A DNA stretch of 48,192 bases from an uncultured bacterium (GCA_903864515.1 CAIPFZ010000009.1:1-48192); one strand, 5' to 3'; numbered from the stretch's first letter, positions 16,847 to 28,128 are shown. Numbers and translations: made by a program. The notes: generated by a model not told the origin, from the letters alone.

Positions 16847-17947
16847 CTACTCCAAACACTCCGCAACCACCATCTCTAGAGGCAAGGTTGGTATTGCACT
16901 CTTCCCTAGTCTTCCGTGGGCAACCAAAAGCCTCTCCAAAATTATAGCTATCTTTTTTGGTGACTTTAGCGCGAGTCTCTCAGCATCCGTAGCACTTCCC
17001 TTTTCTTTCTCAAAATTAATAGCCTCGCCCGGCATTCTAACTGTCCCACTATTCATACTCAAAATCAGGGTTTTCCTGACACTCTCCAAAACAAGCTCGG
17101 TAAAAAGTTTTACGTCCCCACCATTGTCCCGAACTATATCAAGTTGAGCCAGTGCAAGCACAGCATCTCCCGTGATTATTCCCTTTGCAAAATTATTAAC
17201 AACAACAGACTTTGGAGCACCTGTTATTTGCTCAGCTTCAGCAAGAGTAATTTCCTTTTTAGAATTATCATTTAAAGACAAAACTTTCTGAAGAACACTC
17301 AGCGTATCTCTAAAAGATCCATCTCCCAAAAGTGCGATCAAACTACCAACTTCTTCATCAATTGCAATACCTTCTTTTTTTGCAATATCAATTGCAATCT
17401 TTTTCAATGTCTCCACATTTGGTTTTTTGAATTGAAAAGTCTGACATCTTGATATAACCGTCTCTGGTAGTTTTTGCATCTCAGTTGTCGCCAGAATAAA
17501 GATGACATGCTTTGGCGGTTCTTCCAATGTTTTTAGAAACGCATTGAAGGCAGATTTGGAAAGCATGTGGACCTCATCCAAAATATAGACCTTGTAAGTT
17601 GAATCAAAAGGAATTGTGTGAACAGATTCATTTAAATTTCTAATATCATCAACACTAGTATTTGATGCAGCATCAATTTCATATAAATCTTTATCAGTTG
17701 TACCAAGCTCGCGTGCAAAGATTCTTGCAACACTCGTCTTTCCCGTTCCCCTTCCTCCGCAAAACAGATATGCATGTGCAATCTTTCCAGACTTTATAGA
17801 ATCTTCTAAAACCGAGACAACATGTTCTTGCCCGATAACTTCCCCAAAGTTTGCTGGGCGATATGTTCTATATAACGATGAATGCACCGTACCCGCCTGT
17901 GCAATACTTGATCCTGATGAGCTGATGTTTGTGGTTTTTGAAGACAT
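16847..17947 (-). CDS. dnaX: DNA polymerase III subunit gamma/tau (short form)
   Basis: GGRGTGKTS Walker A, YILDEVHMLS, SRCQ sensor motif; start set to ATG 17947 because the longer tracked ORF runs through a terminator hairpin. Confidence 0.85.
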   Translation of the reverse strand: MSSKTTNISSSGSSIAQAGTVHSSLYRTYRPANFGEVIGQEHVVSVLEDSIKSGKIAHAYLFCGGRGTGKTSVARIFARELGTTDKDLYEIDAASNTSVDDIRNLNESVHTIPFDSTYKVYILDEVHMLSKSAFNAFLKTLEEPPKHVIFILATTEMQKLPETVISRCQTFQFKKPNVETLKKIAIDIAKKEGIAIDEEVGSLIALLGDGSFRDTLSVLQKVLSLNDNSKKEITLAEAEQITGAPKSVVVNNFAKGIITGDAVLALAQLDIVRDNGGDVKLFTELVLESVRKTLILSMNSGTVRMPGEAINFEKEKGSATDAERLALKSPKKIAIILERLLVAHGRLGKSAIPTLPLEMVVAECLE

Positions 17948-17953
17948 AAATAG

Positions 17954-17962
17954 AGTATAACA
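17954..17962 (-). promoter_or_regulatory. extended -10 promoter box (TGTTATACT)
   Basis: 6 nt upstream of the dnaX ATG 17947. Confidence 0.45.
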
Positions 17963-17977
17963 TTTATTTTGTAAGGC

Positions 17978-18031
17978 AAAAAGAAAAACGCCGCCGTTGC
18001 CGGCGACGATTTTCGTCGGGCAACGGCGGCG
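17978..18031 (-). terminator. strong intrinsic terminator
   Basis: CGCCGCCGTTGCC...GGCAACGGCGGCG with an inner CGACGA/TCGTCG stem, followed on the minus strand by TTTTTCTTTTT. Confidence 0.8.
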
Positions 18032-18050
18032 GATAATGGTATTGTCTGAC

Positions 18051-18422
18051 TCAGGAAAGCTTTTCCCTAAAAGACACACTCACATCTGATACCCCCTCCA
18101 AACCAAGCCGATTTAACTTATTCAAGAGGGCGTTGAGATGATCAGCGTATTCTGCAATACAGTTTTCATCATGCACACCACCACTTGGAATAATATGAAA
18201 GACCCACTTGATAGCCGGCCCCTTGATCTTGTACATCTTCACCAGACGCTCTGAGGTAATTGTACAGGGAGTTTGACAACCAGCCCAAGGTTCTTGAGCG
18301 TCCACCGTAAGGAGTGCGTCCATGAGGCTGTTATGCAACGAGTAAGCTTCGTCCATCTTATCTGTTGACAACATGAAGCTTACGACTCCACACACACTAT
18401 TATTATGTTTTCTTTGGCTCAT
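18051..18422 (-). CDS. hypothetical protein (123 aa), GC-richer orphan
   Basis: ORF from ATG 18422 (MSQRKHNNS...) with own promoter, ~90-nt leader and terminator; no motif recognised. Confidence 0.5.
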   Translation of the reverse strand: MSQRKHNNSVCGVVSFMLSTDKMDEAYSLHNSLMDALLTVDAQEPWAGCQTPCTITSERLVKMYKIKGPAIKWVFHIIPSGGVHDENCIAEYADHLNALLNKLNRLGLEGVSDVSVSFREKLS

Positions 18423-18522
18423 CTTAGTAATAATTTTGTTTTTTCTCGTAGAATATAGGCCACAACCAACTATTGGTTGCAACTTTTAAATCCCTAGAAT
18501 TAGGGGTCTAAAAGTCACAACC

Positions 18523-18551
18523 AAATTACAAAGATCTTTACAGGTGTACAA
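18523..18551 (-). promoter_or_regulatory. -35/-10 promoter TTGTAC-N17-TAATTT
   Basis: same ATTGTACA -35 context as the three promoters at 45076, 46293 and 46990. Confidence 0.4.
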
Positions 18552-18592
18552 TAACACACATATGTTAATTAGTCCAGTTAGTTGTAAAACCC

Positions 18593-19762
18593 TTACTTTA
18601 CCAGAAAGCCTTCAATTATCCCCCTCACCTCTTCCACATTGTTAGTATCCATCAATTCTGTCCGTAATTCTTTAGCGCCATCAAATCCATTCACATATGC
18701 TTTGAAATGCTTCTTCATTACTGCAAAGTTTTTTATTGATCCAAGCTCATCTTGAAATTTCTGAGTGTGCTCAATCATTACATTTAATTTTTCCTCAAGA
18801 GTGGGTTCATTCTGTACAACATCAAAATCTCCGTCTATGTTTTTTATAATAGGTTTCTGTAATGCAGAAAACAACCAGGGATTTCCAAATATTCCCCTAC
18901 CAATCATTACACCATCAGCGCCTGATTCTTCCGCCTTTTTATAAGCATCTGCAACAGATACAACATCTCCATTTCCAAAAATTAATGTGTGTTGCTTACC
19001 AGATTCGATCAAATCCTTTTGGAACTCATTTCTAATCTCTACTGCTCTTTTAACATAATTCCAGTTAGCAGGAACCTTGGACATCTCTTTTCTTGTTCGA
19101 GCATGAATTGTAACAACTGAAGGACTAGCCTCTAGGATGTTTCTAAGCCATGAATCAAGTTCATCTTTATTGTATCCAACTCTGGTCTTTACTGTTATTG
19201 GAATATTTGGTGCACCACGCTTGGCTGCAAAAATAATCTCCTTGGCCAGTTTTGGATTCTTCATCATTGAAGCCCCGGCCTTTTGCCTCTCTATACTTTT
19301 ATCAGGGCATCCCATATTTATATCTATTCCATCATAACCAAGTTCTTCAACGATTCTGCAGGCATCTTCCATATATTTTGGATTTGAGCCAAAGAGCTGG
19401 GCAACAATTAACTTTTCTTCTTTTTCAAATTTCAAATCAGCCAAAAGCTTTTTCTTTCCTTCAGGGCTCGCCCTGACAAGACCATCAGCAGATACAAATT
19501 CAGTCCATAACACATCCGGCTTACCATATTTATTTATCACATATCTAAAGGCACAATCTGTTACATCAGCCATTGGTGCAAGAACACAGATTGGTCTTCC
19601 TGTATTTTTTTCATTTTCACTACCCTCACATCCACCACCTTCATGTTTAACTGCCCTACATTTATTATTCAAATCATTCCAAAAACCAAGCTGTGGTTCA
19701 ACAGAGGCTTTTGTCTTTTTAGATACTCCTAGAATATATTTAAATAGATTTAATGGGTTCAT
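18593..19762 (-). CDS. tRNA-dihydrouridine synthase
   Basis: APMADVTD, DINMGCP, VKTRVG and HARTR motifs; ~55-aa N-terminal extension. Confidence 0.85.
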   Translation of the reverse strand: MNPLNLFKYILGVSKKTKASVEPQLGFWNDLNNKCRAVKHEGGGCEGSENEKNTGRPICVLAPMADVTDCAFRYVINKYGKPDVLWTEFVSADGLVRASPEGKKKLLADLKFEKEEKLIVAQLFGSNPKYMEDACRIVEELGYDGIDINMGCPDKSIERQKAGASMMKNPKLAKEIIFAAKRGAPNIPITVKTRVGYNKDELDSWLRNILEASPSVVTIHARTRKEMSKVPANWNYVKRAVEIRNEFQKDLIESGKQHTLIFGNGDVVSVADAYKKAEESGADGVMIGRGIFGNPWLFSALQKPIIKNIDGDFDVVQNEPTLEEKLNVMIEHTQKFQDELGSIKNFAVMKKHFKAYVNGFDGAKELRTELMDTNNVEEVRGIIEGFLVK

Positions 19763-19823
19763 ATTTTAAAATTTCCTGTTTCGTTTTGTCTTGACATTGT
19801 ATCAAATTTTTAAATAAACGATA

Positions 19824-19853
19824 GGGCGCGGCGGGGGTCTCCCCCGCCGCGCC
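19824..19853 (-). terminator. GC-rich terminator hairpin
   Basis: GGGCGCGGCGGGGG-tct-CCCCCGCCGCGCC immediately after the HAD-gene stop. Confidence 0.7.
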
Positions 19854-19861
19854 TGCAGATC

Positions 19862-20659
19862 TCAAATCAAGATTGCGCCATCAACCTTGATCACACCATT
19901 AACCACATCAAGCATCCTAGAATGAGAAACGATTGCACGGGCACCATAACTACGCATCCTTTCAGAAAAGATTCTTCTTTCATGTGCGCAGCTTAACCTC
20001 GCTTTTCTAGTTACAGCAACGGGATACACTAGGCCACAAGTAGCATTTGAAGCTCTCATGTCACCAACTGAATCCCCGAAGTAGTAGAAAGGCAAGATTT
20101 CCCTGTTGTAGTGATATCCGTGTTGACACGCCAGATGTGAAAGGACCGCAGTCTTATCTTCCACCACTAATGTATCAACGTCTACCCCCGTCGCATCTTT
20201 CACAACCCTGGAAACTGGATGAATGGAATTGAGTGTAACAATCACAATATGAAATCTGGTGGCAATTTCTCTAATCTGTGTCACTACACCATCAAAGAAA
20301 GCACTCGGCTTCCTTTGCTCTATTTTTGTCACAAGACTTTGAAAAATACTCCATGCATCATCAATCGGCACTTTTCTTGGAACACCCCAACTGTGGAAGT
20401 CTGGAAACACACCATGTTGAAACTGCTCAAGCGTAGGTATGCGACTCAAATCATCAGTGTACATCATGACAATCTGCTTGGCGGCCTCACAATACGTTTC
20501 AGCACTATCCACCAAGGTACCATCATAATCAAACCCAATCAAAGGCTTAGGAGCCCCAGAATAGGTATTTGGGACCATGATTGTCCAGTCTTCTGAAATG
20601 CCAAGCTCTTTTGGAACTTTAATCTTCGTTGTAGAGGTGGGTCTTTCTGTTGTATTCAC
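19862..20659 (-). CDS. HAD-superfamily hydrolase
   Basis: motif I FDYDGTLVDS and motif IV-like FGDSVGDM; start ambiguous (GTG 20659 or ATG 20578); ~44% GC. Confidence 0.65.
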   Translation of the reverse strand: MNTTERPTSTTKIKVPKELGISEDWTIMVPNTYSGAPKPLIGFDYDGTLVDSAETYCEAAKQIVMMYTDDLSRIPTLEQFQHGVFPDFHSWGVPRKVPIDDAWSIFQSLVTKIEQRKPSAFFDGVVTQIREIATRFHIVIVTLNSIHPVSRVVKDATGVDVDTLVVEDKTAVLSHLACQHGYHYNREILPFYYFGDSVGDMRASNATCGLVYPVAVTRKARLSCAHERRIFSERMRSYGARAIVSHSRMLDVVNGVIKVDGAILI

Positions 20660-20774
20660 TGTCTATTTGGCTTCTAATTGTTTGTTGTGTCTTAGCCTAA
20701 TTTCTCAATAACCGTAAAAGGACATTTGACATAGGTCAACCCTTCTGTTGGATAGAATACTACATTAAAAGTTA

Positions 20775-20783
20775 TGATACAAT
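20775..20783 (+). promoter_or_regulatory. extended -10 promoter box (TGATACAAT)
   Basis: ~60 nt upstream of the eno ATG (leadered). Confidence 0.35.
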
Positions 20784-20812
20784 GGTGGCATACAAATTAT
20801 AAGAAAATTTAA

Positions 20813-22201
<1,389 letters not shown>

Positions 22202-22216
22202 GATTAAAATCGCATT

Positions 22217-22245
22217 AAAATCATCTGATTAAATCAGGTGATTTT
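22217..22245 (+). terminator. hairpin after eno
   Basis: AAAATCATCTGA / TCAGGTGATTTT, 12-bp stem with one G-T pair. Confidence 0.4.
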
Positions 22246-22301
22246 AGTAATAATAAGAATAGTAAGCAATTAATTAAAATTACTAATTTAAAACAAAAAA
22301 A

Positions 22302-23948
22302 ATGGACAATCAAACTCAATCACAACACATAAATCAAGATCCTGATTTTGGCACAACAGAAACTGATGGTGCGCCTATTACCAATAGACATCATCTAAGA
22401 AAGCCGGTTGTATTAATAGTACTTGATGGTTGGGGTCACCGAGAGGATAATAAAGATAACGCACTGGCATCTGCCAATACTCCAAAATTTAGAGAATTCT
22501 GGAATGCCTACCCTCATACATTATTAGACGCCAGCGGTCTTGCCGTTGGTCTTCCAGAAGGACAAATGGGAAACAGTGAGATTGGCCATACAACAATTGG
22601 AGCAGGACGAGCAATGGATACAGACCTAGTTAGAATTAAGAAATCAATTGTATCTGGAGAATATAATACGCTGGCACCGTTTGTAGAATTATTTAATCAT
22701 GTAAAGGAACATGAAAGCACCTTGCATGTTATGGGATTACTTAGCGATGGAGGTATTCACTCACATCAAGATCATCTCTTTGCTTTTATAAGAGCAGCTA
22801 AAAAAGCTGGAGTTAGTAAGCTTGCAGTACATGTATTCACAGACGGACGTGACACCCCACCACAAAGCGCAGCTAAATATGTTCGTGAATTGGAAAGTGT
22901 ATTTAAAGAAACCGGACTTGGCCATATTGCAACAATCTCTGGAAGATACTATGCAATGGACAGAGATAACAATGCGGAGAGAATTGATAAGGCAGAAGAT
23001 GCAATCTTTAGCGGTATGGGTCATGACTGTGAAATTGAGCCGACAGAATATCTTGAGGGGCTATATAAGGAAGGAAAGATTGATGAATTGTTAGAGCCAA
23101 TCGTATGTAAAAATATTATCGATGGAGTAGAAGTGTTTGGTACACCTACAAAAGAAGATGATGCAATATTCTTCTTCAACTTCAGAGCAGATCGCGCCCG
23201 TCAACTTACAAGAGACATTCTTGCAAAATCAAAGGCGATGGATTGGAAATTTGTTGGAATGACATCTTATGGAGATGAATTTAACTACCCTGTTGTCTTC
23301 CCTTCTCTTTTGATTGAAACAACTCTTGCAAAGGAAATCTCAGAGGGAGGATTTACTCAAGCCCATATTGCAGAAACAGAAAAATTCCCTCACGCAACAT
23401 ATTTCCTCAATGGTGGAGTTGAAAAACCATACCCAGGTGAGTCTCATATCTTACTTGCAAGTCACAAGGATGTTGCAACACACGATATGGCACCAAAGAT
23501 GCGAGCTGAGGGAATTGCTGACAAGGCAATTGAGCAAATTGAAGCTGGAACAGATTTTATATTCATCAACTTTGCAAACGCAGACATGGTTGGCCATACA
23601 GCAAATGTTCCTGCAATAATTGAATCAGTTGAGGAAGCGGATAAGCAATTAGGTAGAGTTGTTGAATCAGCACTAGCGCATGGTGGAGTTGCATTTATTA
23701 CAGCCGATCATGGAAATGCAGAGCTAAACATTGATCAGACAACTGGAGATAAGCACACATCACATACAACAAATCTTGTACCAATGATTGTAACAGACAC
23801 TAACATCACGCTAAGAAAAGAAGGAAACTCTGCTAATCCAGATAACTTTGGAGTTCCAACTCTTGCGGATATTGCACCAACAATCTTTGATGAAATGCAG
23901 ATTAAGAAGCCAGAGTTTATGACGGGAGAGAGTTTGATTGTGAAGTAA
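22302..23948 (+). CDS. gpmI: 2,3-bisphosphoglycerate-independent phosphoglycerate mutase
   Basis: VVLIVLDGWGHRE, NSEIGHTTIGAGR and ADHGNAE motifs; ~30-aa N-terminal extension. Confidence 0.95.
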   Translation: MDNQTQSQHINQDPDFGTTETDGAPITNRHHLRKPVVLIVLDGWGHREDNKDNALASANTPKFREFWNAYPHTLLDASGLAVGLPEGQMGNSEIGHTTIGAGRAMDTDLVRIKKSIVSGEYNTLAPFVELFNHVKEHESTLHVMGLLSDGGIHSHQDHLFAFIRAAKKAGVSKLAVHVFTDGRDTPPQSAAKYVRELESVFKETGLGHIATISGRYYAMDRDNNAERIDKAEDAIFSGMGHDCEIEPTEYLEGLYKEGKIDELLEPIVCKNIIDGVEVFGTPTKEDDAIFFFNFRADRARQLTRDILAKSKAMDWKFVGMTSYGDEFNYPVVFPSLLIETTLAKEISEGGFTQAHIAETEKFPHATYFLNGGVEKPYPGESHILLASHKDVATHDMAPKMRAEGIADKAIEQIEAGTDFIFINFANADMVGHTANVPAIIESVEEADKQLGRVVESALAHGGVAFITADHGNAELNIDQTTGDKHTSHTTNLVPMIVTDTNITLRKEGNSANPDNFGVPTLADIAPTIFDEMQIKKPEFMTGESLIVK

Positions 23949-23988
23949 ATCCCTGAGCAGGAAGATAGATTCATAGCAAATAAACTCA

Positions 23989-24032
23989 GAAATATATAAA
24001 CCGCATTGTAACAAATGCGGTTTATATATTTC
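23989..24032. terminator. bidirectional terminator
   Basis: 19-bp perfect stem GAAATATATAAACCGCATT / AATGCGGTTTATATATTTC between convergent genes. Confidence 0.75.
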
Positions 24033-24055
24033 TATTCTTATTCTAAATAATTAAA

Positions 24056-24820
24056 CTAAAGCCTTAAGAATAAGCACGCGGAAAGTCTTATTTGTTTTAT
24101 GTAATCATCCTTTTCCTCTGCAGAAACATCAGGGTTACGTACAACCTGCTCTATTATTGAGACCTGTGTTTCACTTCCAGTTAGCTTTCTTGATAATACA
24201 GTACCTAATTTATCCAAAAGGGTCTTATCTGCTGCAGTCATCATAGAACAAGCCAGCTTCGCATAAGTTGCTATTACCGTAACATTGGATTCCATATCAA
24301 CAGAACAAGGTCTTGTTCTGTCTGGACAAATATTAGAACCCCCTACCACATTCCACCCAACAAATCTTGAAGTGGAGTTAGTTGAAGCTGTGAGCGTAAC
24401 AAAACTATATTTCTTATATTTTCCAGAGCATGTCTTTCCACAATTAATACCTGCGCCAGTTACGGTCCCACCAGTGATTTCTCCAACCACCCCTCCACCT
24501 ATTTTTTTAACCGTGAGTGTATATTTTGTATCTCCACTTCGTTCTCCGCTATTACTACTGTTATTAAAATTTTCTCCACTATTACTATTACTTCCACTTG
24601 CTAAATTAGTAGTAGAAGGACGAGCAGCAGCTTTACCAGGATAAACCACAGTTGGAGCTGGTTTAGCCACAGCTATAACAGACGCTGCCAAATCTCCCAC
24701 CCTCTCTCCCATATAACCAAGTCCATTCTTAATACTTGAATATTGTGAGCCCAGTAGTACCAAGAATAGGGCTACAACCACACCGACGACATAACGTAAA
24801 CTATTTTGTTTAAAATTCAT
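24056..24820 (-). CDS. membrane-anchored protein with divergent InlB B-repeat-like domain
   Basis: N-terminal TM; YTLTVKKIGGG...GINCGKTCSGKY...VTLTA...FVGW...CSVDM...VIATY matches the bacterial InlB B-repeat pattern. Confidence 0.55.
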   Translation of the reverse strand: MNFKQNSLRYVVGVVVALFLVLLGSQYSSIKNGLGYMGERVGDLAASVIAVAKPAPTVVYPGKAAARPSTTNLASGSNSNSGENFNNSSNSGERSGDTKYTLTVKKIGGGVVGEITGGTVTGAGINCGKTCSGKYKKYSFVTLTASTNSTSRFVGWNVVGGSNICPDRTRPCSVDMESNVTVIATYAKLACSMMTAADKTLLDKLGTVLSRKLTGSETQVSIIEQVVRNPDVSAEEKDDYIKQIRLSACLFLRL

Positions 24821-24905
24821 ACAATTATATTTATATAATAAGATTAACTGATAGTATTATAGCAGGATAGTATAGAGTAATAAAGTAAACTTATACACAC
24901 AAAAC

Positions 24906-25406
24906 TTACATCGCCAACCTTTTTAATTGTGCAATTTCTGTTTCAAGATGATGTTCCTCAATCTTTAATCTAGAGATTTCTCCCTCTTCAAGTTTCTTTC
25001 TACCTGATACAACAGAGAGCTCTCTTGCTTGATTAGCACCAGTCTTTTCTGCATAAGCCTTTAAACTTTGTTCTTTTTCAATTTCCTTTTCAATATCCTT
25101 AATCTTGTTTTTTAATTCTCTAATTTTTAAATCAAAATTTTCTGTATGAGAATGACTTGGAGCTGACAATTTAGCAACACTTGCTTCCACCCTCTTTAGG
25201 TCCATTGACCTTCTACTTATCTCATCCTTTACTATTCTAAGCTTAACCTCCTTGGATTGAACATCTTGCTTTGCGCGCATTTGCTGTTCTCTTTTTCTCT
25301 GCTCAGTAATCTGTTTTAAGCGCATCTGTTCAGAAGCAGCAGCATCAAAACCAAGCGCCTGCTTGTGCTGTGAAAAACTACCACCTTGTTGATATCCAAA
25401 TACCAT
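24906..25406 (-). CDS. coiled-coil protein, last gene of the pilus operon
   Basis: heptad-rich K/E/Q sequence; starts 9 nt after the pseudopilin stop. Confidence 0.5.
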   Translation of the reverse strand: MVFGYQQGGSFSQHKQALGFDAAASEQMRLKQITEQRKREQQMRAKQDVQSKEVKLRIVKDEISRRSMDLKRVEASVAKLSAPSHSHTENFDLKIRELKNKIKDIEKEIEKEQSLKAYAEKTGANQARELSVVSGRKKLEEGEISRLKIEEHHLETEIAQLKRLAM

Positions 25407-25415
25407 ATATATGTA

Positions 25416-25817
25416 TTATACACCATTATTTATGGAATCAAAAAATAAAACATCTAATTGTTCCTTTTTATTACGATTTAAATACATCACTTCACTTTTA
25501 TTTAGCAAAACTCCAAAATCAATATCTTCTTTTATTGTTGAAGATGCAATACTAGATGAAGCTATTAGATCAGAAAATCTATCTTCTATTTTTTGATTAT
25601 TAATCCTGTATCTTTTATACATATTTGAATAATATATTTTATAAATATTACCGTTATCAATTAGAGACCTACTATCAAGCATTGATAAACCACCACTCAT
25701 CCAAATCATTGACTCAATTGCAACAACGGCAAAAATTATAAAAATTGAGCAATATATAATTATCTCAATCAATGTAAAGCCAGAATATTTACTTTTGTAT
25801 CTATTTCTTAAAATCAT
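25416..25817 (-). CDS. prepilin-type (pseudo)pilin
   Basis: class III signal peptide KYSG|FTLIEIIIYCSIFIIF. Confidence 0.75.
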   Translation of the reverse strand: MILRNRYKSKYSGFTLIEIIIYCSIFIIFAVVAIESMIWMSGGLSMLDSRSLIDNGNIYKIYYSNMYKRYRINNQKIEDRFSDLIASSSIASSTIKEDIDFGVLLNKSEVMYLNRNKKEQLDVLFFDSINNGV

Positions 25818-27052
25818 TTTAATTCAAATATTACGGGAGTAATTGATTCAGTTGATGTGCCATTCATTTGATATATTGAGCCGACCCCAAAGACCCTATC
25901 CCCTACACACTCTAAATCAACAATTGATAAATTTGTATCAACCGTCTGAACTATATTAGATATATTATCAATGCTTCTGATTTGAATTTTTGAATTATTC
26001 TTTCCTGTTGCTGTAAATAGATATTTAGGAGAAAGTAACATGGAGTAAATTCCATCATTAACATCGATAGAATTTATTAAATCATACGAACTTGAAGCTG
26101 ATGATGCATAATTCCTTGTCATATTAATCTTAAATAACTCATTATTTCCCGCACTCCTACCTATGTAAATTTCTCCATTTTGTGCGATTAAACTTCTAAC
26201 ATTTCCAAGAGAACCAAATATATCAAAGTTGTTTAAAGGTTGAGACGCCTCAAAATCACAATTCAGACAATAATCATTAATCTCCGGCTCTTTTGCAGTT
26301 GAAATTAATAGATGTAAATATTTATCATACATTGGCCAAATGTCTTGAACAGAACTATCTAATTCCCATTTTCTATTAATTGCAGACGAAAGACCTTCAT
26401 CAAGTTTATTCAAATCAATAGATAGCAATTCTTCTCCGATATTCTTTTTTAAACCAAGATAGAGGTTTGGATATATTGCTGATATCTTTGTTCCATACAC
26501 AGGGTTTAAGGATGAAGACCATGGTATTTTATAATCCCCTGCTTTAATTAATTTTCCAACTGTAGTGTCAATTTTAAATCTCTGAAGAGCGCTATTTACA
26601 CTTGAGTTTATGACAAATACATTCTTCCCAACAAGTGCTCCAGCAATAATTCCAGGGCCGGAGTCTATGCTTTCTATCGGCACTGTAGTGTCATTGTAAT
26701 TATATGAAATCAAATCATAATCCGTAGTTGATGCTGAATTCAGTCCAACCAAGATGTTCTTACCATCAGAAATTATAAAGACAGCCTCAGTAGAAGTTGA
26801 TTTCACAGGAATATTTTTAACAGACAAGGTAGGAACGCCAACACTCCAATCGCGGCTCATTCCACCACAAATATCAACCCTATTCATCACAGATTCTGCT
26901 GTAATTTTTGTAGCATCAAAAATTGTCTGATTAGAAACCTCTTGAATTAATTTATAAGGGGATCTTTCATTTACTCCAATAATGTATGAGTTCATTGGAA
27001 TCAAAATCATAACCCAAATCATTAATGATGTTATTAATTCTAATATAAGCAT
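25814..27052 (-). CDS. pilin-like N-terminus without leader peptide plus large extracellular domain
   Basis: starts MLILELITSLMIWVMILIP (Glu at position 5 as in mature pilins); in-frame stop two codons upstream of the ATG; 4-nt overlap with the pseudopilin gene. Confidence 0.4.
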   Translation of the reverse strand: MLILELITSLMIWVMILIPMNSYIIGVNERSPYKLIQEVSNQTIFDATKITAESVMNRVDICGGMSRDWSVGVPTLSVKNIPVKSTSTEAVFIISDGKNILVGLNSASTTDYDLISYNYNDTTVPIESIDSGPGIIAGALVGKNVFVINSSVNSALQRFKIDTTVGKLIKAGDYKIPWSSSLNPVYGTKISAIYPNLYLGLKKNIGEELLSIDLNKLDEGLSSAINRKWELDSSVQDIWPMYDKYLHLLISTAKEPEINDYCLNCDFEASQPLNNFDIFGSLGNVRSLIAQNGEIYIGRSAGNNELFKINMTRNYASSASSSYDLINSIDVNDGIYSMLLSPKYLFTATGKNNSKIQIRSIDNISNIVQTVDTNLSIVDLECVGDRVFGVGSIYQMNGTSTESITPVIFELK

Positions 27053-27072
27053 AATTTAAATAATTACCTTAA

Positions 27073-28128
27073 TTAATACCCAGTGTATGATATTAATGAA
27101 TACATTGGAGTTATTATTGAGATTGCAATAAAGCCAACGCCAAGTCCTACCACAATCATTGATACTGGTTCTATTAATTTATTAATAAGGGCAATTCCAT
27201 CGTCAAAAAATTCTTGATGAATATTAGCAATTGAGGCAAATGTATCAGAAATAGAACCTGTCTGTTCACCACAAACAATTAAAGGTATCCATATTTTATT
27301 TTCTCTTGATATTTCTCTACTTATACTCTTAGAAAGTAATACGCCACCCTCAACTTCATTTGCCACATTTAATAGTCTTGCTTTTTCCTTAGGAATTATT
27401 GCACCCATCGCGCAATCCCGTAGAGACTCAACAAGTAGACCACTTGAAGTGAATACTTCACTGGCGATTCTAAAGCTAATTGAAGCGGAATAATGATTTA
27501 AAAGATTTCCAAGTATTGGAACCTTAACAATAAGCATTCCAATAATATTTTTTAATGAATTTATTCCCTTCTTTTTAATATAAAGAGATACTAGGAAAAA
27601 TACAAATAAGACAAGAACGAATAGAAGTATTAAAACATGAACTAAATATGTACTCATGAAGAATAAAACTTCTGTTGTCCAAGGAATATCAATTCTTCCA
27701 CCAGAGAATAATGGTTTAATCTTTGGGACAATTATAATAAGTATCATAAGGATCAAAATCACAGAAACAGCAAATATTATGCATGGATAAAGCAGGGCTA
27801 ATAATAACCTTGATTTTGTTCTATCTATTTCCTTACTCATTTCACACACCCTAGTTATTCCATTTGCAAGTTTCCCACCACTTTCAGACTTTTTAATAAT
27901 TGTTAATTCATAATCTCTAATTGGTAAGTCTAAATCTTCAATGGATTGACCAAATGTTTTACCAGATTTTAAATTTTCAATTATTCTATTTTTCCAATCG
28001 TAACTATTTTCATCGGAGAAAACATCTAGAGACTCTATAAGAGGCACCCCAGCGGAGTATAATCTTGAGAACATTTTGAAATGCGATAACATCTCTTTTC
28101 TTAATTTTGATTTGCTTATATTTTTCAT
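27073..28128 (-). CDS. pilC: type IV pilus / T2SS platform protein (GspF/PilC family)
   Basis: two T2SS-F-like repeats (GKTFGQSIEDL, CGEQTGSISDTF) and three TM segments. Confidence 0.8.
   Translation of the reverse strand: MKNISKSKLRKEMLSHFKMFSRLYSAGVPLIESLDVFSDENSYDWKNRIIENLKSGKTFGQSIEDLDLPIRDYELTIIKKSESGGKLANGITRVCEMSKEIDRTKSRLLLALLYPCIIFAVSVILILMILIIIVPKIKPLFSGGRIDIPWTTEVLFFMSTYLVHVLILLFVLVLFVFFLVSLYIKKKGINSLKNIIGMLIVKVPILGNLLNHYSASISFRIASEVFTSSGLLVESLRDCAMGAIIPKEKARLLNVANEVEGGVLLSKSISREISRENKIWIPLIVCGEQTGSISDTFASIANIHQEFFDDGIALINKLIEPVSMIVVGLGVGFIAISIITPMYSLISYTGY

Noticed and set aside
17948-18079. N-terminal 44 codons of the tracked 410-aa dnaX ORF
   Set aside because: This stretch runs through the strong terminator hairpin 17978..18031. 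It lacks DnaX-like sequence. An extended -10 box sits 6 nt upstream of the internal ATG 17947, which starts the conserved protein.
18423-18482. Upstream extension (MQPIVGCGLYSTRKNKIITK) of ORF 18051..18482
   Set aside because: It lies in the predicted leader downstream of the TTGTAC-N17-TAATTT promoter and overlaps a palindromic leader element. ATG 18422 is the more plausible start.
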